Part shown: in pieces, positions 50,901 through 60,282 of the stretch
Layout: each line of letters opens with the position of its first letter
Numbering within the stretch: position 1 is the first letter of the stretch
Virus record (IMG/VR): IMGVR_UViG_3300020029_000569
Coordinates: 1 to 64,000 of that record
DNA: 64,000 nt
Strand: one strand, 5' to 3'
DNA from: a virus
Lineage: Duplodnaviria > Caudoviricetes
Made by a program: the position numbers and the translations under genes
The notes under the pieces: model-generated
Database searches by the model: none
The model's input: the letters and a program-made list of their open reading frames with translations, nothing else
Told to the model about the DNA's origin: nothing

Positions 50901-53900
50901 ATCAGCATTAGACATGATGAAATTAAGCATGGATGATTACCGAAAGGTGTATATGGAAACTCCCGAAACGGATAAATTAGCAAAAGACAAGGCACGTCAA
51001 GATTATTCAAATTCATTAAGAACTTACGCCTATGCCAAAGAGTATAATAGGCAAGCACAAAAATCTAATGTAGAGGACATTCACGCTGATTACAAAGCAC
51101 ATAACCGAGCAGTAGCAAACTCGTATCAAAAGTTAGCTGATAATGCAGAAGAAGCAAATAAAAAAACATACCAAAAACAAGCTGACCATTATACTCAATT
51201 AGCGGACAAAGCAGAATACGGACAGCAAACTCCTATCTATGCTTTTGAAACTAATACAGGTAGAGTATTCATTACAGAAAGCACAGCTAAGACACTCGCA
51301 GAAGGTAGTATTTTAGATAAAAACGATAAGTTTAATGATGCAGTAAAGAATGGAGTAATTACAGGAATACAGGTTATTGATGATAGCGAAACCAATAAAA
51401 AACTTACTGAAAAATTTGCAGAAGCACAAAAGAAAAAAGCACCACCGATAGCACCAATCATTTCAGAAGAACAAGAAAATCAAATAGATAATTCAAATAC
51501 CACACAAGGAATAGGAGTAGTTGAATCTAATGGTAAATTCACTGTTGTTAATCCTAATGGAACTAAAGAAGTATTTGATACAAAAGACGAAGCAGATGCG
51601 AGAGCATTGGAAATAGCAAACCCTAAAACTGAAAATAAAGCAGTAGAAAATATAATATCTATTGAGGACAGAAAAAGAAAAGATTTATTTCCTGACGAAT
51701 CAGAATTTGCAGATGTTATCGGAGAAAGCGGTAAAAATTCAAATATATCATCATACAGAGAAGTGAACGGTATTGGAATATCTGAATATACTAATCCTGA
51801 TAACGGTTTGGTTGATGTAATAATGTCAGGCACATCAGATAACGACTATGTAGGATACGTTAGAATTTATGAAAACGGTAAGCCGACAGAAAGGTGGACT
51901 TCTAAAATGGAGAACAAGTCAGGCAATAAAGAGAATTTTAAAACTATGATTTCGGAAGTACAAAAATTACTTCCACAAGGGCATGAATATACCGAAAAGA
52001 CAAACATTTCATTAGACGGATTAAGAGTTTATGCCAATCAATTAAACAGAGGATATGAAATTGCTACCGATGAAAATGGAGATGCTATAACAAACAATGT
52101 AGAATTAAATAACGCTACATTAGAGGCATTACAGGGGGCAAAAACAGAAAGCGAAGTAAGTAGTTTATACGACAAAAAAACAGGCATAACTAAAGAAGAA
52201 TTTGATAAAATAAAAGATAAAATAAATTCTCTTATTCCTAATACAAGGGTACTATTCAATTCTTCTAATGGTTCTGTCATAATAAAATTACCTGTACTAA
52301 AATCTAAAACCCAAAATGCTACACAAAACACAGAAATTGCAAGTGCAGAAAGCACAACAACTATTGGACAAAACGAATTGCCCCAAACGGAAGGAACGGT
52401 TAATGAAAATGTTACTGAAACTCAAAAACCTATTTCAGCAACATTAGAAGGTAAACCTATAACCATTGAAAAAACAGAAACGGGTTACACCTACACCACC
52501 GCAAAAGGAATAGTAGAGGAAGTTTCAGAAACAGAACACCAAGAAAATATTGCAGACAACTCATTGGTTATACCAAAAACTACGCCTGATGAAAAAATAG
52601 TAAATGATAATACATTTACAAGGGATGATATGAAGTCAGTATCTGACGGTACAGGACTAGCCAAGAAAGGTGCTGAGGTAATGACAACTGACAAAGTAGA
52701 ATCTAATTTAAGAGTAGGCGATAAGGTTACATTTTTTGCAGAAAAAGAAAGAAGTGGGGTATGGGATGGAAAATCAATAAAAGACAAAGACGGAAATCCT
52801 TGGGGGGTAATGGGTATTTTAGCAGATACTAATGGATGGATAAGAAATGATACTAAAATTGAAGAATCTAAAAAAGAAGCAGTAGTAAGCAGTACGGATG
52901 CTATCGAAGTACCCACAACCACTGATACGCCTACTGCTGAAACTGCAACCAAAGGAGAACCCGAAAGAATATCACAACCTATTGAATTAGACCCAAACAT
53001 TACATCACCATTAAATACAGAACAAGATGCCATTCAAAAGTCAGAAACAGAGGGCGGCGTGTTACGCACAGAACAACCCAAATTGGAACTGCAAAGCGTG
53101 GGAGAAGGAAACACCCAAGAGCAAACCGCTACCACAGAAAGTGAAGCCAAAAAAGAAACCATAACTCCTATTCAAAGAATAACAGGTAACAAAGATGCAG
53201 TAACATTAAGTGGGTTAACAGAAAAAGAAAGGCAACAACAAATTGCAGAAAGAGATAACAGTTTAAAACTTTCAAAAGAAAAAGAAGCTGAAAGTAATTT
53301 AGCGGGACAAGTACGAAGGTTTAATGAAATGCGCAGGAATGATGCCAAAAGACCAAGATTACTTAATGACATTAGAAAAGCATCAACGGAACAAGGATTT
53401 GAAGTTAAGTATGACGGTAAGGGAATTGAGGTATTAAAGAAAACCAAAAAAGGCAAACCGACTAAAATAAACTCTTATTCATCAGAAGTGGGCAGACGTA
53501 GCACAACTAATGAAAAAGCATTGCATGAAAGAAGTGAAGCGGTACAAGACCTTTATGTGAAATTAATGGATTTGGGTATTGATTTGGATTTAAGAAATTC
53601 AGACGATAATAGTCGTTTTTCTGAATCACAAATAGAAAGTGCAATAACAGATATTGAAAATGGAATACCAAGCAGACAAGCAAATGAAATATTAAACAAA
53701 GTTGAAGCATTAGCGGAAACGGGTAAATTAGAAGTAGGTGATAAAGTAAGTGGGTATAAGTCAATTCCTATTGATGAATTAATTACAGAAGCAGAAGAAT
53801 TAAGAAGCGAAGAACTTTTTAAAGACCTTACAAATGATGAAGTTTTTGAACTTTACTCAAACGAATTACTTGCATCAAACGAAACCGATAACATTATAAA

Positions 53901-56900
53901 CCAAGAATATGAAAGAATTAACAATGAAGGAGCAGTTTCAAGCACTCCCGAAACAAGCACAACAGACAGCAGTACAGCAAATGAAGAAACATCTGATGAA
54001 AAAGGAACTAACGAAGCGACTTATGAAACAAAAGAAACAGATGTAGTTGAAAGCGCATCCAAAAATATATTTAACGAAACAAAAGAAAGCATCAGCAAAA
54101 AAATAAAATCAGTTCAAGAAAAAATATCAAAAGCGATAAATGATGGGATAAGTAAGTGGGGTTCTAAAAAAGGGTATTACGGGGAGGAATATGGAGATCA
54201 AAACGAAAAAGAAATTAATATCCCTAATTATACTTTTTCCGATAAGAGAAATGTAGAAGGTTCTGAATATAAAGAAGATTTCGATAATTATAGAAAACTA
54301 ACAACAGAAGCTCAGAAGTTACATGAGTTATTGGATGCTGTGAATCCAAAATTAGAATCAGAAAGTTCAAAAAACCTAAAGAAAAGGTTAGGTAGTATTG
54401 CCTTTAATTTTAGTTCTAATTCAGATACGGATAAAATACTTTTATCAAAAGAGGTAGATAATATTCTTAAAGAGTTAGAAAGCAGAGACGAAAATGTTGA
54501 TGGAGAAAAACTGTTAAGCGATTATTACAATGCGGATGCAGATGAATCGCAAATTCAACAAATGAAAAATAATTCTGCTGAAATAACAGAGTTGATTAAA
54601 TCAAATACGCCCACAAAACTGATTGGAATAGTACCAGAAAAAATATCAGAATCATTTGATAAACTTGCTGATAAAATATTAGCATTAAGGTCAAAAGGAG
54701 ATAGCCTAAAAACTGATATTACTTTAGGACTTAAAGATGCCGCACTAACAGAAATAGCATCTCTAATAAGAGATATTGGTACAGTCGCAGACAAGGTAGC
54801 AGAGGTGATAAAAGCTATCAATAAAGTACTTTCAAAACCCGAATACAAAGACCTAAATAAAGATGAAATTAGGAATGAAGTTTTATCTGCCATTAATCCT
54901 ATCAGCGATGCAAATAAAAAGTACTTAGACGGGGTAATTAAAAATATCGAAGATGGCAAAACTACTCTCGAAGAAGAAATAAAAGACATTCAAGACGACC
55001 TACCTAAAAGGTACGCTGACAAATACATAAAATACCTCAATGATAATTATACACCAAAACAAGAAAATAAAAAAGAAAAAACCGATAACACCAAAACCGA
55101 AGCCAAAGAAACAGAAGTATTAAGCGAAGAAGATAATCAAGCAGGCATAGCACATAGACTGACAGAAGAAACAAGGAAAGAATTAGGATTGCCAGAATAT
55201 GAAAAAGAAACGATAACTGATGCCGAATTGGATGGTATGGCTGATGCTGAAATTAAAAACGGGTACAATATTAAAAAGTTAGTTACTAAAATGGCAAAAG
55301 GGGTATTACCTACTGCCTTAGAACAAACTATAATGAAAAAGTATCTTGCAAGTTTGGAAGCGCAGATAGAAAAAAATCCTACCAATGAATCAATAAACGA
55401 TTACAAAACAGCCGTTGAAGCGAGTGATGCAATAGGTTCAGAAATAGGTAGAAGTCTTAGAAGCAGGAGAGGTGGTATCATTAAAGATGATAGTATTGCT
55501 GCATACTTTTTAACTGAATTGGAATCATCGGGTGTTGACGAATTAACCGAAGCGCAAAAGAACAAAGTACAAAAAGAGTTCAACGATATTCAGGAAGCGA
55601 ACAGGAAATTACAAGAAAAAATAGCACAGTTAGAAATTGAAAATGCTAAAATATTGGCAGACAAGGCTATTGCTAAAGAAGCAAAAACAAAGTCTAAAAA
55701 AGAAGATTTAAAGAAGCAAAAAGAAGATATTAAAGAATCTATCAAGCAGAAACTAAAAGAAGCAAGAAGCCAATTAAGTTCTACCCCTGTACCGTATCTG
55801 AATGAAATATTAGCAATTACACCTGATGTTGCTAAATTAGTAAAAGTATATGCAGAAGAAGGGATTATCAAATTAGACGAAATTGTAGATAATATCCATG
55901 CTATTATTAAAGAAAATTCAGACAACATAACTAAAAAAGATATTATAGATATTATAGCGGGTAAATACAATGAAAGAAAACAAACCCGTTCTGATATTGC
56001 AAAACAACTTTTAGACCTTAGAACACAAGCTAATTTAGTCGGCAAATTAGAAAGTTTAGAAAATGGGATTGAACCTAAAACCGAAACTAAAAAAGTGGAA
56101 AGGAATAAGGAAATATCTTCTTTGAGAAAAAAAATAAATGAGAATTATCTTACTAAATTATCCTCTGCAAAAAATACTATTCAAAACCAAATTGACAAAC
56201 TTAGAGAAGATTTAAGCACAGGAAACTTTTTAGATAAACAAGAAAACCAAGAACTTAAATTAGACAAAGAAGCTATTGCATTAAAAGACGAATTGATTAA
56301 GTTGAAGAAAGAAAGAGATATTAGACTTTTAAGGCAACAATATCAAAACAGGTCATTAAAGCAGAAAGCAGTTGATTCTTTTTTGGAGATAATTAATGTG
56401 CCAAGAACAATAATGAGTTCAATGGATTTTTCAGCCCCTTTAAGACAGGGGTTAATTGCAAGCATATCCCACCCCACAGTTGCATTTAAAGCATTTGGGG
56501 AAATGTTCAGGCAAGCGGTTTCTCAAAAAAGATTTGACAGGTGGTTTAATGATATTCGAGAAAGCGAGTTATTTGAAATAATGGAGAAAAGTGGTTTGTA
56601 TGTAGCTGCCCCTCACGACCTTAGATTATCTGCCAAAGAAGAACAGTTTATGAATAATCTTGCAGAAAAAATACCGTTCATTGGGGGTGCAGTAAGAATA
56701 CCTCAATCAGTACCATTAATAGGGGGTAAGAAAATTGGAGGATTAATAAAAGGCAGTGAACGTGCGTATGTATCTTACTTAAATAAAATGAGAGTAGATT
56801 TATTTACACAAGGCGCACAGGTATTAGAATCAATGGGTAAGACTTATGATAATAGTCCTAAAGAATATGAAGGTCTTGCAAGTTTTGTAAATAACTCAAC

Positions 56901-57618
56901 AGGTCGTGGTAAATTAGGTGCTATTGAATCCGCAGCACCAATATTAAATTCAGTATTCTTTTCTCCAAGATTAATTGCATCGAGGCTTAACTTATTAAAT
57001 CCCTTGTACTATGCTCAATTACCACCATACGCCCGTAAAATGGCATTAAAAGATATGACTAAATTTATAACTTTTGGTGTTACATTATTGGCTTTAATAA
57101 AACAAACGTGGGGGTGTCCTGATGATTGCCCCGAATGTACAGATTGCGCCAATATCGAATTAGACCCAAGAAGTACTGATTTTGGCAAAATACGAGTAGG
57201 TAATACAAGGTATGATGCATGGGGTGGCTTTCAACAGTACGCAAGGATAATAGCGCAAATGATAACGGGGGAAGCAAAATCTTCAACAACGGGTAACGTC
57301 AGAAAAATAGATGGTGAAGGTTTGTTTGGCAAGGATAGAGCCGATGTTTTAGGATCATTTTTTAGGGGTAAATTAGCACCTGTTCCTGCATCTATTTTAG
57401 ATATTGTATCGGGTAGGAATATTATTGGAGAAAAAGTAGATGCAAAAATGATAGCAGAAAGAACCCTATTACCTCTAATATACAGTGATGTTAAAGAAGC
57501 AGTAAATGAGCAAGGAATTAAAGCATTAGCAACAGTAGGATTGCCCGCAGCATTTGGTATCGGGGTAAATACATATACTCCAAAAAAATCAAAATACGAT
57601 AAAGAAGAAACTAAATGA
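47926..57618 (+). CDS. Giant (3230 aa) polyvalent internal virion protein
   Basis: Last cargo gene; G/A-rich membrane-like middle; coiled coils; C-terminal PRTIMSSMDFSAPLRQG...ELDPRSTDFGK region. Confidence 0.8.
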   Translation: MPIKKTYQLGNEKFDIPVEETQAFLADNPDAVELSSFVVGKDTFDIPLPEVESFLADNPDAKETFGAVKKKETPILSPNKPKAEYPIASGLSSGSIPQSPTQSTPTVQSNGQSQKSSFWKDAITATKENIAQQGKVNRPIKEDIFTQNISGVKSPIEVASKPQKKAIKVNLNEQQQKEEDYKQSLRDKINSGIPLDIEETKYVKKAFGKIAPQIGSLSVAEINQGLFDANKKNTQQRRDELLKEHEFADVNNRIKNGEVSKEDLQIAQDNGLIPPFLKSEQAEQLRVNWNADIKNAHAEIDNALSNNISSIVQNQQTENDRIDALKAGIRSENYYRKEDTPQRIAHIKDMENELFQLETKRKREDDYLNSLVDNTIKESQRDIMMMGGFEFDKDNRGLLTEKGRAEVAKAVEDYVAKQPASKQFLLNYKNIRKESSLKYLVSPLISSQFKTSDVTKGNAYLEEVVARTAEILPKYFKNYYKSVDEISKDLPKEAKGLVKQVAGIEGGTFDNNFRPKLLNEQEKVAAVNTLKFMEMKGDVDSQNAKFEQVVNTPQVKSVLGQELTDLENKYNNKEINGATFKNERLKLLYLNPQTKSLAEQYIQSVTNAQNKYEKDVNDYLKSIQPDFAKYTKIDNKGNIVSIAGMKPEKFASVMTELQSAKQVSEINATKEVIQDREQRGNEAMGEPTDMKIIQQGFTSGLNNMYTARAKWLYDQTGIDFFNDARIGGEMVLNTANQPNESTFAKDNFTLEAGDWMGALNPAYILHTASSSAPYMMEAMGTGIGIGGIAKNVLLEAGLGEGVALSRSGRLIQKSLAGASGGSQDAFSTMVSNYNDLVKEGFSVKDADRISKEAFVKEVVPDMLFSGIGMEGLFRATAKPTLKNVLKRTATTFLEQIPEGAQEAIQGYALEDAKGTKENIFNYALEDKDGFNNLMGGFSGGLGSGTVVSAVGLAKDTYGWNKLYNISTSDMQDAVRYSAVANMVNNPSDIKSQSALDMMKLSMDDYRKVYMETPETDKLAKDKARQDYSNSLRTYAYAKEYNRQAQKSNVEDIHADYKAHNRAVANSYQKLADNAEEANKKTYQKQADHYTQLADKAEYGQQTPIYAFETNTGRVFITESTAKTLAEGSILDKNDKFNDAVKNGVITGIQVIDDSETNKKLTEKFAEAQKKKAPPIAPIISEEQENQIDNSNTTQGIGVVESNGKFTVVNPNGTKEVFDTKDEADARALEIANPKTENKAVENIISIEDRKRKDLFPDESEFADVIGESGKNSNISSYREVNGIGISEYTNPDNGLVDVIMSGTSDNDYVGYVRIYENGKPTERWTSKMENKSGNKENFKTMISEVQKLLPQGHEYTEKTNISLDGLRVYANQLNRGYEIATDENGDAITNNVELNNATLEALQGAKTESEVSSLYDKKTGITKEEFDKIKDKINSLIPNTRVLFNSSNGSVIIKLPVLKSKTQNATQNTEIASAESTTTIGQNELPQTEGTVNENVTETQKPISATLEGKPITIEKTETGYTYTTAKGIVEEVSETEHQENIADNSLVIPKTTPDEKIVNDNTFTRDDMKSVSDGTGLAKKGAEVMTTDKVESNLRVGDKVTFFAEKERSGVWDGKSIKDKDGNPWGVMGILADTNGWIRNDTKIEESKKEAVVSSTDAIEVPTTTDTPTAETATKGEPERISQPIELDPNITSPLNTEQDAIQKSETEGGVLRTEQPKLELQSVGEGNTQEQTATTESEAKKETITPIQRITGNKDAVTLSGLTEKERQQQIAERDNSLKLSKEKEAESNLAGQVRRFNEMRRNDAKRPRLLNDIRKASTEQGFEVKYDGKGIEVLKKTKKGKPTKINSYSSEVGRRSTTNEKALHERSEAVQDLYVKLMDLGIDLDLRNSDDNSRFSESQIESAITDIENGIPSRQANEILNKVEALAETGKLEVGDKVSGYKSIPIDELITEAEELRSEELFKDLTNDEVFELYSNELLASNETDNIINQEYERINNEGAVSSTPETSTTDSSTANEETSDEKGTNEATYETKETDVVESASKNIFNETKESISKKIKSVQEKISKAINDGISKWGSKKGYYGEEYGDQNEKEINIPNYTFSDKRNVEGSEYKEDFDNYRKLTTEAQKLHELLDAVNPKLESESSKNLKKRLGSIAFNFSSNSDTDKILLSKEVDNILKELESRDENVDGEKLLSDYYNADADESQIQQMKNNSAEITELIKSNTPTKLIGIVPEKISESFDKLADKILALRSKGDSLKTDITLGLKDAALTEIASLIRDIGTVADKVAEVIKAINKVLSKPEYKDLNKDEIRNEVLSAINPISDANKKYLDGVIKNIEDGKTTLEEEIKDIQDDLPKRYADKYIKYLNDNYTPKQENKKEKTDNTKTEAKETEVLSEEDNQAGIAHRLTEETRKELGLPEYEKETITDAELDGMADAEIKNGYNIKKLVTKMAKGVLPTALEQTIMKKYLASLEAQIEKNPTNESINDYKTAVEASDAIGSEIGRSLRSRRGGIIKDDSIAAYFLTELESSGVDELTEAQKNKVQKEFNDIQEANRKLQEKIAQLEIENAKILADKAIAKEAKTKSKKEDLKKQKEDIKESIKQKLKEARSQLSSTPVPYLNEILAITPDVAKLVKVYAEEGIIKLDEIVDNIHAIIKENSDNITKKDIIDIIAGKYNERKQTRSDIAKQLLDLRTQANLVGKLESLENGIEPKTETKKVERNKEISSLRKKINENYLTKLSSAKNTIQNQIDKLREDLSTGNFLDKQENQELKLDKEAIALKDELIKLKKERDIRLLRQQYQNRSLKQKAVDSFLEIINVPRTIMSSMDFSAPLRQGLIASISHPTVAFKAFGEMFRQAVSQKRFDRWFNDIRESELFEIMEKSGLYVAAPHDLRLSAKEEQFMNNLAEKIPFIGGAVRIPQSVPLIGGKKIGGLIKGSERAYVSYLNKMRVDLFTQGAQVLESMGKTYDNSPKEYEGLASFVNNSTGRGKLGAIESAAPILNSVFFSPRLIASRLNLLNPLYYAQLPPYARKMALKDMTKFITFGVTLLALIKQTWGCPDDCPECTDCANIELDPRSTDFGKIRVGNTRYDAWGGFQQYARIIAQMITGEAKSSTTGNVRKIDGEGLFGKDRADVLGSFFRGKLAPVPASILDIVSGRNIIGEKVDAKMIAERTLLPLIYSDVKEAVNEQGIKALATVGLPAAFGIGVNTYTPKKSKYDKEETK
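47962..48108 (+). repeat. Two 30-aa tandem repeats FDIPxxExxxFLADNPDA at the giant-protein N-terminus
   Basis: TTTGATATTCC and TTTTTAGCAGATAATCC each repeated 90 nt apart. Confidence 0.85.
48129..48275 (+). other. A10 slippage site and -1 frame extension of the giant gene
   Basis: GTA AAA AAA AAA GAA; -1 frame open to TAG at 48273. Confidence 0.55.
52316..52447 (+). CDS. Nested +1-frame 43-aa basic ORF inside the giant gene
   Basis: MLHKTQKLQVQKAQQLLDKTNCPKRKERLMKMLLKLKNLFQQH; leader TAAAATCTAAAACCCAAA. Confidence 0.5.
   Translation: MLHKTQKLQVQKAQQLLDKTNCPKRKERLMKMLLKLKNLFQQH
53027..53164 (+). CDS. Nested +1-frame 45-aa MPFKS-type basic ORF inside the giant gene
   Basis: MPFKSQKQRAACYAQNNPNWNCKAWEKETPKSKPLPQKVKPKKKP. 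Confidence 0.7.
   Translation: MPFKSQKQRAACYAQNNPNWNCKAWEKETPKSKPLPQKVKPKKKP
53909..54046 (+). CDS. Nested +1-frame 45-aa basic ORF inside the giant gene
   Basis: MKELTMKEQFQALPKQAQQTAVQQMKKHLMKKELTKRLMKQKKQM; A-rich leader. Confidence 0.45.
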   Translation: MKELTMKEQFQALPKQAQQTAVQQMKKHLMKKELTKRLMKQKKQM

Positions 57619-57824
57619 TTATAGATACGCCATATAATTTCGGGGATATAGTTTTCTTAAAAACAGACATTGAGCAAAACGAAAGAATGATAACTAAGTT
57701 CTCTATTGAAAGTCCTACACTAATACAATACGAACTTAGTTTTGGTGCTTTTGTTTCATGGCATAATGAGTACGAATTTGAAAGAGAATTAAGCCTATCT
57801 AAGAAATTTGGCAGTTCTGATTAA
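57615..57824 (+). CDS. Small SH3-like phage protein
   Basis: YNFGDIVFLKTD.EQ.ERM; ATGA coupling. Confidence 0.65.
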   Translation: MIIDTPYNFGDIVFLKTDIEQNERMITKFSIESPTLIQYELSFGAFVSWHNEYEFERELSLSKKFGSSD

Positions 57825-60247
57825 TAAGTTTCCATTTCCTTTTTAGCTTGTTCTTGCTGAATGTTCAGTTCTGTTTTTTGCTGATTTTCCTGTAAACGAT
57901 TTTGATTAGTTTTATCCTTAACCTCAATTTGTCCTTGTGTTTTTAATTGAGTTTCTAAGGCTAATATCCTTGCTTCTAATGCAGCATCTTCTTGTTTTTG
58001 TTGGGATGCAATTTGTATCGCTTGCGCTTGTGCTGCTTGTTGTTGCTGACCTTGTATTTCCATTGCACGTTTGGCATTCTCGATATTTATCCTTTCTTGT
58101 TTTCGGATAGACATAGTAACAAACGCTTTTGCAAGTTTGAAGTTTGGAATATCTTGCGCTTGCAAGGTAGTTCCTTTTGGTACTACTCTTGTCGCTTCAT
58201 ACTGAACACATAACGCCATTAGTTGTATTCTCTCTTGCGTGGAGGGTGCGTTTTGAATTTGCAGGGTACATCTTTGAATAGGCATATCTTTATACACTTC
58301 TAACCACACAGTACCTTTAGTTCCTATGAGTGCTTTCATTTCTTCTGCACGTTCTGTTTCGGGTTCTCCGTTCTTATTAAATTCAGTAATCACTTGCTGA
58401 TTATAGTACAGCATTCTTTGTCCGAATTGTTTAAGGGCAAACGTATATGCTTCTTCAATACTTGCTGTACTGTAATCACTTGTTTGGTTTGCTAATTCAG
58501 TACCTTTTTGTGTTTGTCGCGGTTTTGGGTCTTGACCTAATCTACTTGCAGGTACGCCTAATGCCATAAGCATTGTATTATACACACTAAACATTTCCTG
58601 CATTAAACCTTGCAAATTAAGAAGGATTTTATTTTCCATTATAAACGTAGGTCTATCCAACCTTTGTTCGTCATTATCTCCTGACCTTAATTTGAATACA
58701 CCTCTACCTGTAAGTACATAGTTTCGGATAATCTTTTCAGTAATGCCCTGTAAACTTAGACTTGTAATATCATGCCCTTGTTCTCTCATTAAATCTTCTT
58801 CTTCTGCTTTGATTTCTTCTGCAAGTTCACGGATAGTTTCTTCTGCAAATGCTACACCCTCTGGGATAAAGTTTGCAAGTGTATTAAGATATTGATTATA
58901 CAAAATGTTCAACCTTAAAAAGTCCCCTTGTTGAGCATCATAGAAACTTTGACGCTGCATATCCTTGTAGATAATAAGACTGAAATCTGCATTTTGAAGA
59001 TTAGTGCCGTGCCTGTACATATCCTGCAAGTCCCCTAAGTCAAAGATAAAACTTTCTTCATTATCAACTTTAAATCCACTAATTAAAGGGAGGTAGTAGA
59101 ACTTTTTAATTGTATCGTAGTACTTATCTGTTTTTTCATCATAGACGTGCTTTTTAACTTCAAAGTATCCTAATTGAATATAAGTATTCATTAAAGCGTA
59201 ATTGTAAGCATACCAATTATTGTACATCCCATTAGGGGTAAATGTATTTTGGAATTGGTAGGCAACGGGGAACTCACTTCTTGTATTGTAATACATATTT
59301 CTATTTGTTTCATAGACAAGTTTGCAAGTTTCGGGACTTAATTTGCCGCCTACCATTTGCATAAAAGTTGACCATGTAACGGTTTGAACATAGTACCAAT
59401 AATCCATATCAGCACCATTACGTCTGTAAAAGTTTGAAGTATAGATAGCAGCAGGGTCAATGTATTGAACCATAGGTAATCCCGTGACTACACTTGTGTA
59501 AAAACGATAAGTCAAAGCATTAACTTTCATAAAGTCGCTTATGATTAAGGGACTTACATTAGTAAGGAAATCTGAACTATTAAGGTAGAACGATATAAGT
59601 TCCTCATGTGAAATTTCCACACCGTCCTTTAGCATATCTGCTTCATTCAGCAAGTTAAAATCCATATCGTCAACTGCTTCATTTTTAATGCTGTCAATCA
59701 GACTAAGGGATTCATTTGCTATTTCATTTCCTTCTTCATCTATTTCGAGGTTGGTATCTTCATCATACGGTGCTTCATTAGTCATTTTTTTTATGTAGTT
59801 GACTACTTCTAATAATGCCCGTCTTGTTTTGATTTTAAGTTTTTGCTTTTCTTTTTTGGAAACGGATAGTTTATCACTACCACTCCCTACTTTTAATTCA
59901 ATAGGCATTCCCTCAATATTCTTTTGGATAATCATATTGACTGCATGAACTAATGGGGAAATCCTCCAATCAGTACGCATAAGGTCTGCCTTTTGAGATA
60001 TTGGAACATTCTCATTAGGTTCAAAATATCTTTTCATTTCCGCTTCATCCCCAATTCCTAAATCAATGCCACGATATTTTGCTAAAGGCTGTGCAAATGG
60101 ACTTGAATTAGTATAGATATACGCCCAACTAAGGAACTGTGCCGCCCACCTTTCATCTACTTCCATGTAAGCATCAGCGATAATATTTTGTGGGTTTATT
60201 GATGGATTACTCGAAGAACTGTTATTTTCTGAGGATTTTTTTGCCAT
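57821..60247 (-). CDS. Portal protein (inverted)
   Basis: About 808 aa from MAKKSS; G.P..R.G..P clip-like motif; Q-rich coiled-coil barrel C-terminus. Confidence 0.75.
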   Translation of the reverse strand: MAKKSSENNSSSSNPSINPQNIIADAYMEVDERWAAQFLSWAYIYTNSSPFAQPLAKYRGIDLGIGDEAEMKRYFEPNENVPISQKADLMRTDWRISPLVHAVNMIIQKNIEGMPIELKVGSGSDKLSVSKKEKQKLKIKTRRALLEVVNYIKKMTNEAPYDEDTNLEIDEEGNEIANESLSLIDSIKNEAVDDMDFNLLNEADMLKDGVEISHEELISFYLNSSDFLTNVSPLIISDFMKVNALTYRFYTSVVTGLPMVQYIDPAAIYTSNFYRRNGADMDYWYYVQTVTWSTFMQMVGGKLSPETCKLVYETNRNMYYNTRSEFPVAYQFQNTFTPNGMYNNWYAYNYALMNTYIQLGYFEVKKHVYDEKTDKYYDTIKKFYYLPLISGFKVDNEESFIFDLGDLQDMYRHGTNLQNADFSLIIYKDMQRQSFYDAQQGDFLRLNILYNQYLNTLANFIPEGVAFAEETIRELAEEIKAEEEDLMREQGHDITSLSLQGITEKIIRNYVLTGRGVFKLRSGDNDEQRLDRPTFIMENKILLNLQGLMQEMFSVYNTMLMALGVPASRLGQDPKPRQTQKGTELANQTSDYSTASIEEAYTFALKQFGQRMLYYNQQVITEFNKNGEPETERAEEMKALIGTKGTVWLEVYKDMPIQRCTLQIQNAPSTQERIQLMALCVQYEATRVVPKGTTLQAQDIPNFKLAKAFVTMSIRKQERINIENAKRAMEIQGQQQQAAQAQAIQIASQQKQEDAALEARILALETQLKTQGQIEVKDKTNQNRLQENQQKTELNIQQEQAKKEMETY

Positions 60248-60282
60248 AAAAAAAATATTTATGTAAAAATAGCATTTTTCTG

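Noticed and set aside
54047-54106. Extra +1-frame TTG-started 19-aa ORF
   Set aside because: Too short and no A-rich leader
47926-57618. Virion RNA polymerase as in Crassvirales
   Set aside because: No DFDxD-type catalytic motif seen
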